A DNA stretch of 37,155 nucleotides from Candidatus Microgenomates bacterium (GTDB lineage Bacteria; Patescibacteriota; Microgenomatia; JAADGY01). The position numbers were made by a program, and so were the translations under genes. Below the pieces are notes generated by a model. That model did no database searches. It was not told where the DNA came from and saw nothing but the letters and a program-made list of their open reading frames with translations. The DNA lies in assembly GCA_015486555.1 (NCBI GenBank), contig WFRL01000058.1, positions 1 to 37,155 on the forward strand, in the 5' to 3' direction. Shown here piece by piece: positions 1 through 9,300 of the stretch; position 1 is the stretch's first letter; every line of letters starts with the position of its first letter.

Positions 1-600
1 AACCTTCTTTTTCGCGTCATTCTGAACGAATGTGAAGAATCTAGCGTTAGCGCAAGGATTGTGGCACTCAAGTTTCTTTTCATTTCCTACCCCAAGGTTA
101 ATTGAGTGTTTTTTCTTTAACCCAGTTCCTCTAACCTAGCTCCTAGTTCCAATTACTAAGTTCCAAGCTCCAAGTTCTAAGTTCTGATTCCTGCGCTCGC
201 TTCCGCTCGCTAGATCCTTCACTTCGCCTAGCGGCTCGTTCAGGATGACACGAAGAGGAGGAAAGTACAACCTTCTCTCGAGTCATTCTGACCCTCCGGG
301 ACGGAGGGAAGAATCTAGCCGAAGGCGCATGGGTGTGTTCCTAAGCCTGAGTGCCAATTCCTGCGCTCGCTTCCGCTCGCTAGATCCTTCGTCGCTCTAG
401 CTCCTCAGGATGACCTGAGAGGAGGTTGTACTTCACCTCTTGGAGTGAGCTGTTTCCCCTTTCTCTGTCATCCTGAACGAGCCGACAGGCAAAGTGAAGA
501 ATCTAGCCGATAGGCGCACGAGAATCAACTCAAACCTGAGTGCCAATTCTTTGCGCTTCACTAGATCTTCCCCTCACCGAAGGGGGGTCGGAATGACTTG
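1..600. repeat. Cluster R1 of a composite palindromic intergenic element family. Three tandem elements (16-249, 282-414, 467-597), each built as arm + core + inverted arm.
   Basis: Arms read GTCATyCTGA-[variable hairpin]-GAAGrATCTAGC-[mini hairpin]-GCGCA at 16-54(+), 282-329(+) and 467-518(+). Inverted copies lie at 192-249, 362-414 and 552-597. The core carries GGCACTCAAG / CTGAGTGCCAAT. The long core of the first element includes a 7-nt periodic tract at about 124-190. The cluster is cut by the window edge. Confidence 0.85.
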
Positions 601-624
601 TAAACAGCGAGGGAAAACTATCAC

Positions 625-653
625 TTGACAAAACTTGATTGAATCCATAAAAT
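625..653 (+). promoter_or_regulatory. Sigma70-type promoter of groES-groEL (TTGACA, 17-nt spacer, TAAAAT)
   Basis: TTGACA at 625-630, exactly 17 nt of spacer, TAAAAT at 648-653. It sits 60 nt upstream of the groES ATG, which has a GGGAGG Shine-Dalgarno. Confidence 0.6.
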
Positions 654-678
654 AGCAGTTGAAGCTTGAGTTTGCTAA
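652..678 (+). promoter_or_regulatory. Degenerate CIRCE-like inverted repeat (possible HrcA operator)
   Basis: aTAGCAgtt-N9-gttTGCTAa. TAGCA (653-657) and TGCTA (673-677) are 15 nt apart, as in the CIRCE consensus TTAGCACTC-N9-GAGTGCTAA. About 13/18 consensus positions match. It lies immediately after the -10 box of the chaperonin promoter. Confidence 0.3.
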
Positions 679-712
679 TTTAAGGTTATAAAATTCCTAA
701 GGGAGGATATTT

Positions 713-1000
713 ATGGCAGGATTACACATAAAGCCAAGCAGTAATTATGTTTTAATTGAACCTATTGAAGGAGAAAAGAAAACAGCTTCAGGAATTGTCT
801 TGCCAGATTCAGTAGAAAAGAAACCACAGTTAGGGAAGGTTTTAGCTGTAGGAACAAGTAGCGAGAAAAGTGAGAATCCACCCTCTAAGGTAGGGCAAAC
901 TATTATTTATCGCAAATGGGGTGGAGAGGAATTTGAGTACAAGACCAAAAAATATCTTTTTGTTAAGTTTGAAGATGTTCTAGGTGTTCTAGAAAAGTAA
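713..1000 (+). CDS. groES: Co-chaperonin GroES (95 aa)
   Basis: Typical size. Reads KPSSNYVLIEP...EKKTASGIVLPDS...GKVLAVG, a GroES mobile-loop and beta-barrel pattern. Strong SD, directly upstream of groEL. Confidence 0.95.
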   Translation: MAGLHIKPSSNYVLIEPIEGEKKTASGIVLPDSVEKKPQLGKVLAVGTSSEKSENPPSKVGQTIIYRKWGGEEFEYKTKKYLFVKFEDVLGVLEK

Positions 1001-1030
1001 TTAATTAATAAAGTTGTAGAAGGAGGAGAT

Positions 1031-2668
1031 ATGGCTAAACAATTAAAAACAGGCTATGAGGCCAGACAGGCTTTATTGGCAGGTATTAACCAATTGGCTC
1101 AAGCGGTTACCGTGACTATGGGGCCCCGGGGCCGAAATGTAGCTTTAGAGAGAAAATGGGGTGGACCTAGAGTAGTCCATGATGGAGTGACTGTTGCTAA
1201 GGAAATAGAACTAGCTGACCCTTTTGAAAATATGGGGGCCCAGCTAATTAAAGAAGCGGCCTCAAAAACTAATGATGTTGCTGGCGATGGGACTACCACA
1301 GCTACCCTTTTAACTCAAATTATTGCTCAAAACGGTGTTAAAGCAATTACTGCTGGGGCTAATCCTATGTTACTAGTTAAGGGACTCCAAGCTGCTGCGG
1401 ACAAGGTAGTAATGGAACTATTAAGTAAGAAAAAAGAAGTCAAAACAGATGAAGAAATTGCTCAGGTGGCTACTATCTCTTCTGGTGATGCGAGAATTGG
1501 CGATAAAATTGCCGAGGCTCTGAAAAAGGTCGGTAGTAATGGAGTAGTTACTGTTGAGGAATCGAAGGGGTTAGATTTGGAGATTAAGTACAAAAAAGGG
1601 ATGGAGTTTGACCGTGGTTGGGTTTCTCCATATTTTGTTACTAATCCCGACCGAATGGAAGCAGTTATCGAGGATGCTCATATTCTTATTACCGATCAAA
1701 AAATATCGGCAGTTAATGACCTGTTACCTTTTTTAGAAAAGGTAATAAAAGTGAGCAAAAATATTGTTATCATCGCTGATGAGATTGAAGGAGAGGCTCT
1801 AGCTACCTTAGTAGTTAACAAACTCCGAGGCACCTTTAACATCGTTGCGGTTAAGGCACCTGGCTTTGGTGATCGACGGAAGGAAATGCTTCAAGATATA
1901 GCTGTTCTGACTGGAGGGACAGTTATTTCTGAGGACACTGGCCGCAAACTTGACTCCGTTGAGGTTGAGGATCTTGGCCGAGCCGATCGAGTTGAAGTAG
2001 ATAAAGAAGATACCCGAATTATCGGCGGAAAGGGTGAAAAAACAGCTATAGAGGCTCGGGTTAAGCAGATTAAAACAGCTATGGCCGAAACAACTTCTGA
2101 TTTTGATCGTGAGAAATTAGAGGAGCGACTGGCTAAATTAGCTGGGGGGGTAGCTGTTATCCAGGTTGGTGCGGCCACTGAAGTGGAGTTAAAGGAGCTT
2201 CAGGAAAGAGTAAAGGACGCTGTTGAGGCAACTAAGGCAGCTGTTGATGAAGGCATGGTTCCTGGAGGTGGAGTAACTTTACTCCGTGTTCGGGAGGTAA
2301 TAAAAGGGATGAAGTTTGAAACTAATGATGAGAAGTATGGAGGTGATATTCTTTACCAAGCTCTAGCAGCGCCAATTAAGAAATTGGCTTTTAATGCTGG
2401 AGTTGAGCCTGGTGAGGCAGTTAGTAAAGTAATAGCTGGCGAGAAGGAACATGGTTGGGATTATGGTTTCAACACCTTAACTTTAGAGTACGGTTCACTC
2501 TACAAAATGGGGGTGATTGATCCAGTTAAGGTTACTCGCCAAGCTTTAATCAACGCTGTCTCGGTGGCTAAAATGGTCCTGACCACTGAGGTCTTGGTAG
2601 CTGACATACCTGAAAAGGAAAAAGAAACTCCCCCAGCTGCTAACCCCGGAATGGGCGGAATGATGTAA
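1031..2668 (+). CDS. groEL: Chaperonin GroEL (545 aa)
   Basis: [14 protein letters not shown]-binding motif, full-length Cpn60 collinearity, C-terminal GMGGMM tail, GAAGGAGG SD. Confidence 0.97.
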   Translation: MAKQLKTGYEARQALLAGINQLAQAVTVTMGPRGRNVALERKWGGPRVVHDGVTVAKEIELADPFENMGAQLIKEAASKTNDVAGDGTTTATLLTQIIAQNGVKAITAGANPMLLVKGLQAAADKVVMELLSKKKEVKTDEEIAQVATISSGDARIGDKIAEALKKVGSNGVVTVEESKGLDLEIKYKKGMEFDRGWVSPYFVTNPDRMEAVIEDAHILITDQKISAVNDLLPFLEKVIKVSKNIVIIADEIEGEALATLVVNKLRGTFNIVAVKAPGFGDRRKEMLQDIAVLTGGTVISEDTGRKLDSVEVEDLGRADRVEVDKEDTRIIGGKGEKTAIEARVKQIKTAMAETTSDFDREKLEERLAKLAGGVAVIQVGAATEVELKELQERVKDAVEATKAAVDEGMVPGGGVTLLRVREVIKGMKFETNDEKYGGDILYQALAAPIKKLAFNAGVEPGEAVSKVIAGEKEHGWDYGFNTLTLEYGSLYKMGVIDPVKVTRQALINAVSVAKMVLTTEVLVADIPEKEKETPPAANPGMGGMM

Positions 2669-2679
2669 AAAAAATAGCA

Positions 2680-2713
2680 CCCCACCCTTTCTCAAAAAGG
2701 GTGGGGTCTTTTG
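2680..2713 (+). terminator. Rho-independent terminator after groEL
   Basis: Perfect 8-bp GC-rich stem CCCCACCC (2680-2687) / GGGTGGGG (2699-2706), 11-nt loop, followed by TCTTTTG. Confidence 0.7.
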
Positions 2714-2967
2714 TATTGAGGAAGTAATTGATCAACCAACTGGCGGAAAATAGTGATAGGCTTTTTATTTTTAAGGAGAAGGTAAGGGTTTCTCTTTGTT
2801 GGATGAATAAGCTGAGGGTCTTTAAGAAGCTCTTTTTGGTTCCTGAAATAAAGATTAATTAAAGATTATGGGAGTGACTGAGGGTCAATTAGTTGATAAA
2901 ACTGCCGTCGCCTCAGCTAGGCTAAGGTGACCTTCATCAGCAGTGAAGATAAGGGCTTGAATTTTTT

Positions 2968-3270
2968 TTATCTCTTCTCATCCTTTCGGAGCTTCTTTAA
3001 CTTCCACATAAAAAGACGGGCTTTGCTCTTAGCATTTTCAGCGTCACGAACAAAGGACCGTGCCTTTTCTAAAAGGTGGCGAGGGAGAGTCTTGGCTAGG
3101 CGGATGTAAAGACTTCGATGAGACCAATCATTAAGTTCATCAGCTAGTTCTAAACCGTAAAGTTGAAACTCTCGGGTTACTTGTTTACTTTTCCCTGGCT
3201 GATAACGAGAGAGAAGTTGGCGGAGACTGGTAAACCTTCCTAAATAAGGGGTTTTAGTTACTTTCGGCAC
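2968..3270 (-). CDS. Hypothetical basic 100-aa protein (GTG start abutting the upstream stop codon)
   Basis: Open frame only. The GTG at 3270 follows the TAA of the upstream gene directly (TAAGTG). Lys/Arg-rich helical C-terminus. No family recognised. Confidence 0.45.
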   Translation of the reverse strand: MPKVTKTPYLGRFTSLRQLLSRYQPGKSKQVTREFQLYGLELADELNDWSHRSLYIRLAKTLPRHLLEKARSFVRDAENAKSKARLFMWKLKKLRKDEKR

Positions 3271-3819
3271 TTAGATAAAAAGTAAATTGAGTAAACCAGC
3301 AGTAAGGAGCCAACCAATGAGAGAATAATGGAGTTGATTTTGAGCTGGCCGGTGGCGGAGAAAAATGAAAAAGTGTGGTGGGTAACCTTTCTTAAGGTAA
3401 GAAGCAACTTTGGTCATAAGACGGTAGTTAAAACCACTAATAAGACCGATAGTTAAGCTCCAGTTAGGGAAGGTAAGGGGGAAAAAAAGAATACCTAGCC
3501 AAATGAGAAGAAAAAAAAGACTTTCGAAAGGGTTGTAAAAAGAACGATCAGACCAGTTTTCTTGCCAACTGAGAATTAACCACTTCTTGAGTTCAGTCAA
3601 ACTTGTTGGCTTGAGTTGAGGAGAGTCGATTATTCCCCTAATAAGATATTGAAGATCCCAAAGCCAACTTCCTAAAATTATTCCCACTAAGAGGGCTAAT
3701 AAGGTTAAGATAGTTGAGGGTTGAAGAAAAGAATTGTTTAGGAGGAGTTTTAGGCTTTTTACAAACAGCACTCCTAAACTAAAAAGAGTAGTTCGTTTGA
3801 GTTGAGTAGCTGTAATCAT
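3271..3819 (-). CDS. Hypothetical polytopic membrane protein (182 aa)
   Basis: Four to five hydrophobic helices (e.g. ILTLLALLVGIILGSWLW, LFFLLIWLGILFFPLTF). A TAAAAT box lies 8 nt upstream of the ATG. Confidence 0.6.
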   Translation of the reverse strand: MITATQLKRTTLFSLGVLFVKSLKLLLNNSFLQPSTILTLLALLVGIILGSWLWDLQYLIRGIIDSPQLKPTSLTELKKWLILSWQENWSDRSFYNPFESLFFLLIWLGILFFPLTFPNWSLTIGLISGFNYRLMTKVASYLKKGYPPHFFIFLRHRPAQNQLHYSLIGWLLTAGLLNLLFI

Positions 3820-3914
3820 CTCTCTTTATTTTAAACTATTGGAATACTATTTATCTTTCTCTATGGAGGATAAAGAACTTAAACTTAACTCGTTAAGGAG
3901 TTATCCCAGTCTGT

Positions 3915-4081
3915 CGGGATCTAGCGCAGCGCTGTGTTTTGGCTCTTTTCTCTCTTCAGGTCATTCTGAGCGGAGCGAAGAATCTAGCGAAGCGCAAATA
4001 CTTAGCTCCCAAACTTGAGTAGACACCCGTGCGCCTATCGGCTAGATCCTTCACTTCGCCTGACGGCTCGTTCAGGATGAC
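3915..4081. repeat. Cluster R2 of the palindromic element family (one full element 3960-4081 plus a truncated arm at about 3915-3934)
   Basis: Arm 3960-3996(+): GTCATTCTGAGCGGAGCGAAGAATCTAGCGAAGCGCA. Inverted arm at 4030-4081. The core carries AAACTTGAGT. Confidence 0.8.
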
Positions 4082-4256
4082 TTCAAGAGAAGAGATAATG
4101 TTCTGATCATTAGTTATTGGAATTTGGATATTGCCTGCCCCATAAAGAATGAAATTTCTTTCGGGGTTTGAAAATTGATCATTGATAATTGGTTATTTTA
4201 CTAAGTCCCGAGATCTGAGTTCTGAGATTTGGTTCCAATATGTTTATAATAAAACT

Positions 4257-4619
4257 ATGCCGGGCGTTGAAATGGAAAGAAAAGGAGAGAGAACTTCTCC
4301 ACCAAGTTTGGATGTAGCTGAAGAAAAAATTAAACAGATCGAAACCTGGCTTGACCAGTTAGAGAAGACTGTTGCCCAACAAGGTACTCCTTCCGATCAA
4401 GGGAATATACCCCAGCTCAGTGGCGACCAGAATACTCTACCACCTTCCCAGCCTCAGAAGCCAATTATTCTTCCTTTAACTAAGAAAGAAATAGAAGTTG
4501 GTTTGCACAAGCCTTTGAGTTCGGCTATTCGCTGGTTGGCTGAGTGGTCAATCCGGATGATAAAGATGTATCACAATCGAGTTCGTTATCCGGCTCCTGC
4601 TCGAGTCTACGCTACTTAA
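4257..4619 (+). CDS. Hypothetical protein (120 aa from ATG 4257; the ORF track begins at an upstream TTG)
   Basis: TATAAT at 4245-4250 lies 6 nt before ATG 4257. The protein is Pro/Gln-rich with a C-terminal amphipathic segment. No family recognised. Confidence 0.5.
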   Translation: MPGVEMERKGERTSPPSLDVAEEKIKQIETWLDQLEKTVAQQGTPSDQGNIPQLSGDQNTLPPSQPQKPIILPLTKKEIEVGLHKPLSSAIRWLAEWSIRMIKMYHNRVRYPAPARVYAT

Positions 4620-4620
4620 A

Positions 4621-5268
4621 CTAGGGTTTGTTTTCCAGAATCCGCAAGCGGAGAGAGCGGATGATTGCTTGGAGGTCTTTAACTGCTTCATCTAATTTAC
4701 TATCTTGGTTGACAATAAGGTAATCAAACTCTTTGTACTGCTTAGTTTCCCAAACAGCCATATTTAAATTCCAGTTCTGCCAGCCAGCTTCACTTCCCCG
4801 TTTAATGAGCCTTTTTTGGAGAACATCAAGAGAGATAGCAGTGATAAAAACCAAGGCGGTGTAAGGAAAGAGGGTTTTAATTTTATCTTTGATATTCTTA
4901 ACTCCCCGGACGTCAATCCGCCAAATAATATCCTTCCCCAAGGCTAATGTTTCCTCAAGGTGTTTTTTTTGGCCGCCGTAGAGATTGCCTCGATACTCAA
5001 CCCATTCAATAAAAGCATCCTTAGCGATTAATTGTTCAAACTCCTCTCGCGAGATGAAGTAATAATCCCGACCATGAATCTCACCTGGCCGTTTGGGCCG
5101 GGAGGTAGTGGTAACCATATGGACGACATTCTTATCTCTCTTAATAACCTCGTTCATAATAGTGTCTTTTCCAGCTCCAGAAGGCCCGGAAATAATTACT
5201 AGAACCCCACGTTGGAGTTGGGTCTTTATTTCCTTCTTTAAATCAAGGTTTAATTTAGCTGCTTTCAT
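4621..5268 (-). CDS. gmk: Guanylate kinase
   Basis: P-loop GPSGAGKDT, then TTSRPKRPGEIHGRDYYF and the ...EWVEYRGNLYG pattern of Gmk. ATGA overlap with the upstream gene. Confidence 0.9.
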   Translation of the reverse strand: MKAAKLNLDLKKEIKTQLQRGVLVIISGPSGAGKDTIMNEVIKRDKNVVHMVTTTSRPKRPGEIHGRDYYFISREEFEQLIAKDAFIEWVEYRGNLYGGQKKHLEETLALGKDIIWRIDVRGVKNIKDKIKTLFPYTALVFITAISLDVLQKRLIKRGSEAGWQNWNLNMAVWETKQYKEFDYLIVNQDSKLDEAVKDLQAIIRSLRLRILENKP

Positions 5269-5762
5269 AAACTAAGTTTATAACCAATTTGGCGCAAGAA
5301 CTTTTTTCTCTTCTTTTTTCCTTCCTCCTTCTCGATTCCCCGAGGAATTCCTCCATCGACAACTCCAAGGATAGCTCGGCCCTGGTTTGTCTGGCCAACT
5401 ATTATCTCAACAGGATTAGCAGTAGCGCAGTGGAAAGTTACTATCTCAGGCACTGAACGGAGGTGGGGAAGAATATTTATTGGATAGGCGTTAGCTAAAA
5501 AGATAAGTAAGCTGTGGCCTACCCCTAGCCGCTTTCCGTTTTCCACAGCCAGCTTAATCATTGCTGCGTCAGTTCCTTCGAAACGAATCTCTCGTGGACC
5601 GGAAGCTTCCAAAAAAGCCAATCCAAACTTAATGTTAGGAACAGCAGTTACTAAAGCTTCGTAGACATCCTCAACTGTCTTGATGAAGTGGCTGGTGGCC
5701 AAGATGAAGTTAACTTCTTCAGGTTTTTTTATCTGAACTGCCTCTACTTTTACTTCCGCCAT
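5265..5762 (-). CDS. Adenosine-specific kinase family protein (archaeal-type; 165 aa from ATG 5762)
   Basis: Collinear with the 'adenosine specific kinase' domain family as I recall it (NFILATSHFIKTVEDVYEAL...FGLAFLEASGP...GHSLLIFL...AYPINILP...TFHCATANP). This call is from memory, not a search. Confidence 0.65.
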   Translation of the reverse strand: MAEVKVEAVQIKKPEEVNFILATSHFIKTVEDVYEALVTAVPNIKFGLAFLEASGPREIRFEGTDAAMIKLAVENGKRLGVGHSLLIFLANAYPINILPHLRSVPEIVTFHCATANPVEIIVGQTNQGRAILGVVDGGIPRGIEKEEGKKKRKKFLRQIGYKLSL

Positions 5763-5788
5763 ACTCAATTTTAGCAAAGAGGTGGTAA

Positions 5789-6385
5789 TTATTCTACCCA
5801 GTCTACTTTTAACTCAGCTCTTATGCTAGGAGGAAGGGTAGCTAACCATTTTTTGACTAGGAGTTTAGCCTTATCCGGCTGGCGGTAGATGTAGATGGCG
5901 ATGTATTTTTCGTTGTAATAGCGCACTCCATAGTAACTATTTGGTTTAGGCAGGTGTTGGAGAAGGTATTTTCGTTGGAGTTTTGTTTTCAAAGCCTCCT
6001 CAAATTGAGGCGAGTAACTGCCTACTCCTATCTCATTTGCTGGGGTGTTTACCTGCCATTCTTTTAGTAGTTTGTTTTTGTAATAAATCTTGAAGGTGTA
6101 AATTGTCTTTAAACGAGGAAGCTGTCTTACTTGCCAGGTAAATGTCTTTTCATTAAGGGTGTTAAGTTGGGTTTTTAAAAAGGGTTCTATAACCAGCCTA
6201 ATTTTCTCCCTTATTACCTTTTTGGAGAAGCTGACCTTAATGGTTGAGAAGTAGTTCTCTTCTTTTGGGGAGTAATTGACTACCTTTGGCGGCTGGTTAA
6301 GAAAGATAGTTGTCGCCCCGATAAGAATAGCCAGAAAACTAAGTCCAAGAATAATTTTTTTAGCTGTTACCTTCATGGTTGGCAA
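5789..6385 (-). CDS. Hypothetical N-terminally anchored extracytoplasmic protein (198 aa)
   Basis: Single N-terminal TM (IILGLSFLAILIGATTIF) followed by a beta-rich region. Its start overlaps the 3' end of the CHAP giant gene by 13 nt. Confidence 0.6.
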   Translation of the reverse strand: MPTMKVTAKKIILGLSFLAILIGATTIFLNQPPKVVNYSPKEENYFSTIKVSFSKKVIREKIRLVIEPFLKTQLNTLNEKTFTWQVRQLPRLKTIYTFKIYYKNKLLKEWQVNTPANEIGVGSYSPQFEEALKTKLQRKYLLQHLPKPNSYYGVRYYNEKYIAIYIYRQPDKAKLLVKKWLATLPPSIRAELKVDWVE

Positions 6386-9300
6386 GATAAATTATGTAAC
6401 CAACCGACTAATCTTAAACCTGGGAGGATACTCTTCCAGCCGCCATTGTTTTCTAAAGTGATAAAACGTTGGCTTACGTTGGCGCTAGCAAAAGTTAAGG
6501 TATTCAAGCCGAGTTGGGTGACTATCCCTACGTGGCCGTTTCCGCCACCTCCTTGAAAAACTAGGATATCTCCAAGAGAGGGTGTTTTCCCAGGTTGGTT
6601 AGGAATAGCCGAGAGAAAGTGAGAACAACTTTGGGGAGCATTTACCCACCAATCTCCTGCGTTACCAAAGGTTTTGTTGTCACAAAGGTTGTAAAGGCTC
6701 TGACCGTTGTAAAGGTGGCGGTAAACATCATTAACAAATTCGGTGCATTGGACGTAATGATTTTCTTTTTCTACCCAGTTGGCATCAGCCCGGATATAGT
6801 TTTTAAATGGTCCGTTCTCTCCTGTATTGCCACAATGATAGGAGTTAACGAAGTAGCCTAGGGCCGGGTTAGGATTGGCAGGGCAGTAACAATCGGCTAT
6901 TTGATTGTCGCTACAACGATAAAGTTGATTGACTAATTTCTCCGCTTCAGCAGCAATTTCTTGGCAGCCGATTAAGGGGGCTTGGCCGATAAGGGTGTTG
7001 AAGCCGGTTATCTTTTGGTATTTCTTTCCTTGATTATCCTGAATTGTTACTTGAAGAGTGTTAGCCAGGCGACTGTTTTTGTACTCAGGTTGGAGAGGGA
7101 ATTGGTAATCGACGATTTCCTCACTTCCGACTGTTAGGTCTTTGAAGTTTGAGGTTAGGTCATAGGTTAGGGTTTTAACCAGCCGGCCGCTAGGCAGTTG
7201 ACTGTCCTTGGTATAGATCTGGCTAACATCTTTAACGGCAACGATTTTTAAATCTTTACCTTCAGCCTTCATCTTAATTCGAAAAGTTAACTTAATCTTG
7301 TCCCTGGCGGCGGCATTGCTTAAGCGGGGGAAGGCACTCCTTTCATCTTTAAGGATATATTTTGAATTGACCTTATCTAAACGCAGGTTTTTATAAAGAG
7401 TAAGATATTGGGTTCCACCTGATTGATAATAGAGGTTACTTTTTAAAAAAGCAGTTGAGAGATAAGGATACCAAAAAAGAGAAGCGGCTACTAAGGCGGT
7501 TCCCCCAGGAATAACAGTTAAGGCTAGAGTAATTCCGGTAGTCGAAGTAGCAAAGGCAGTCATTGTTCCCCACAGGCTGCTGGCTAGGCTAGCTGCACTG
7601 CTTGCCAAAGTGCTTAAAGAACCAATAAGGTGCTCTAGTCCGAAACCAACGCCGAATCCGAGGAGAAAACCTACTGGGCCTCCTATAAAACCGCCTATTA
7701 AAAAACCGCCTATTAAACCAAAAAAGACAGCCAGAAGATGGCTGAGGATAAAGTTAATAATTAAGTAAAGCCAGCCGGCAATAAAAGTCAAAATTTCTTT
7801 CCACCAGCGGCGAAGGAAGGGGTAAAGATCTTTAATAAGAGCTAAAACAGCTAGAACTGTCCCCACCCCGCTGGCCAGGCCAGCCAGATCCAAGCCTAAC
7901 TTGCTTAAGACCTTAATGCTAAGTTGGCCAATTTTCTTTAGGCTCCAGATAAGGCCTTTTTTTAAGAGTTGCTTGGGATGAGTAATCAGCCAAAAACCCT
8001 TAAAGATGCGGCCAAACCGTTTTCCAGTTGGGCTGTTCTTAAATCTCTTCCACCAGGCGGCTAACTTCTTTCTAAGGGCTCTTATGCCTCGCCGTGGAGT
8101 TGCTACCACCCTTAAAAGGAAACCAGTAACTTTTTTGTGTCTGTATTTTCTTACTGTTCTGATAATCTTTAACCGAGCCTGGCGAACTCTTTTCCCTAGA
8201 AAACTTTTTCTCCATAACTTTCGAATCTTCCTCCTTACTTTCTTTCTGAGTGTCTTAGGATGAGCAACTGCCTCCACCCCTCCGAGGATTTTGTTAATTA
8301 TTGGCCAGTGGCGGCTGTTTATTACTTCCTGAACTACCCGGCTGTCTTGGACTTCTTTTTGAACATGGTTCAATCTAATACTTAGTTGGTAAGAAGGTAG
8401 GCTAAGGAGAGTAGTTAGCTTAAGGAGCGGTTGGCCGATGAGCCTGGTTTTTAATCGCTGGAACTTAAGATAACTCCGAGCCAGGAAAGGCAGTTTAACT
8501 TCTTTGAGAATGTCTTCATGATCCTTCCTCCATTTGAGCATTTCTTCAAACTGGTGGTGAAGCTTATTCCCTTCAGTAAGAGGCTTGCGAGTGGTAACAG
8601 TCTTGCCCAAAACCCGGATGGGGCTACCCTTTTTTAACCACTCGAACTCCTTTTCCACTTCTTCAGTTGGATGAAGCAGCCAGTCGTAGGCACTAAAGGG
8701 ATTTAGCCCCTTTTCAATTATTAGTTTCCGGTTGTTTTCCTTAGTAAAGAGAGACTTGAAAAGGTACTTTTTCCAGGCCCCCTTAGGCAGTCTAAACATC
8801 CGTTGGCTGGGCCGTTTAAAGATAACTCCGGTTGTGTCGATAATTTCTTTTACTTCCGGATGGGCTTGAACAAGAGGTGATTCTTGGAGAATTTTTTCCA
8901 AGGCGGAAGGAGCAATTAAAATTTTTTCGGCGGGCTTAACGTAGGTAATATAGTTAGCTGCTTGTTCAGCTAGGGTGTTTATTTCTTCCTCATGTTTGGC
9001 GGCATCTGGAATGGAAAGTTTAAGTTGGCGGCGGATAACATCTTTAGCTAAGTTCTTAAGATCGCTGCTATTAAGCGGTGCCTGGCGGCTAAAGGCAGCC
9101 AATCGGTTGACAGCTTCTAGATGATCACTTCTTTTTTCAGTTATCGAGAAGAGGCTCTTTTGTAAATCGTTTTCTAGGTCCACCGGGTGCTTTTTTAGAG
9201 AGGCTCGGAGGTCCAGCCAGCTCTGCCTAAAAATCTTGTCTTGAACATCCTCAGAAAGAAGGAGATTATCGATAATTTTTTGGGAAACTAAACTGGCTAA

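Noticed and set aside
258-268. GAGGAAAGTAC resembling the RNase P RNA P4 motif GAGGAAAGUCC
   Set aside because: It is an isolated 10/11 match inside a repeat flank. None of the other conserved RNase P RNA blocks or helices are present nearby.
1-600. Possibility that the repeat clusters are CRISPR arrays
   Set aside because: The repeats alternate in orientation (inverted arms), their spacing is irregular and the 'spacers' are themselves conserved cores. No cas genes are in the window.
1099-2685. Antisense ORFs within groEL (1099-1299, 1891-2178, 2500-2685), and similar antisense or alternative-frame ORFs inside the other large genes (e.g. 6595-6861, 8006-8263, 14981-15253, 20194-20391, 21799-22089, 22407-22751, 28122-28454, 35882-36233)
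   Set aside because: All are embedded opposite or out of frame to well-supported long CDSs, have biased low-complexity translations and lack start contexts.
2714-2967. 250-bp gene-free convergent spacer after the groEL terminator, examined for tRNA, SRP, tmRNA or riboswitch-like signals and small ORFs
   Set aside because: I found only two 19-20 codon ORFs without an RBS and a repeated CTGAGGGTC 9-mer (2812-2820, 2879-2887), with no convincing structure. It is left unannotated. An Rfam scan would be needed to exclude an ncRNA.
2927-3109. Plus-strand 60-aa ORF with GTG start
   Set aside because: It overlaps the better-supported minus-strand 100-aa ORF. It has no RBS and a Ser/Phe/Arg-rich junk composition.
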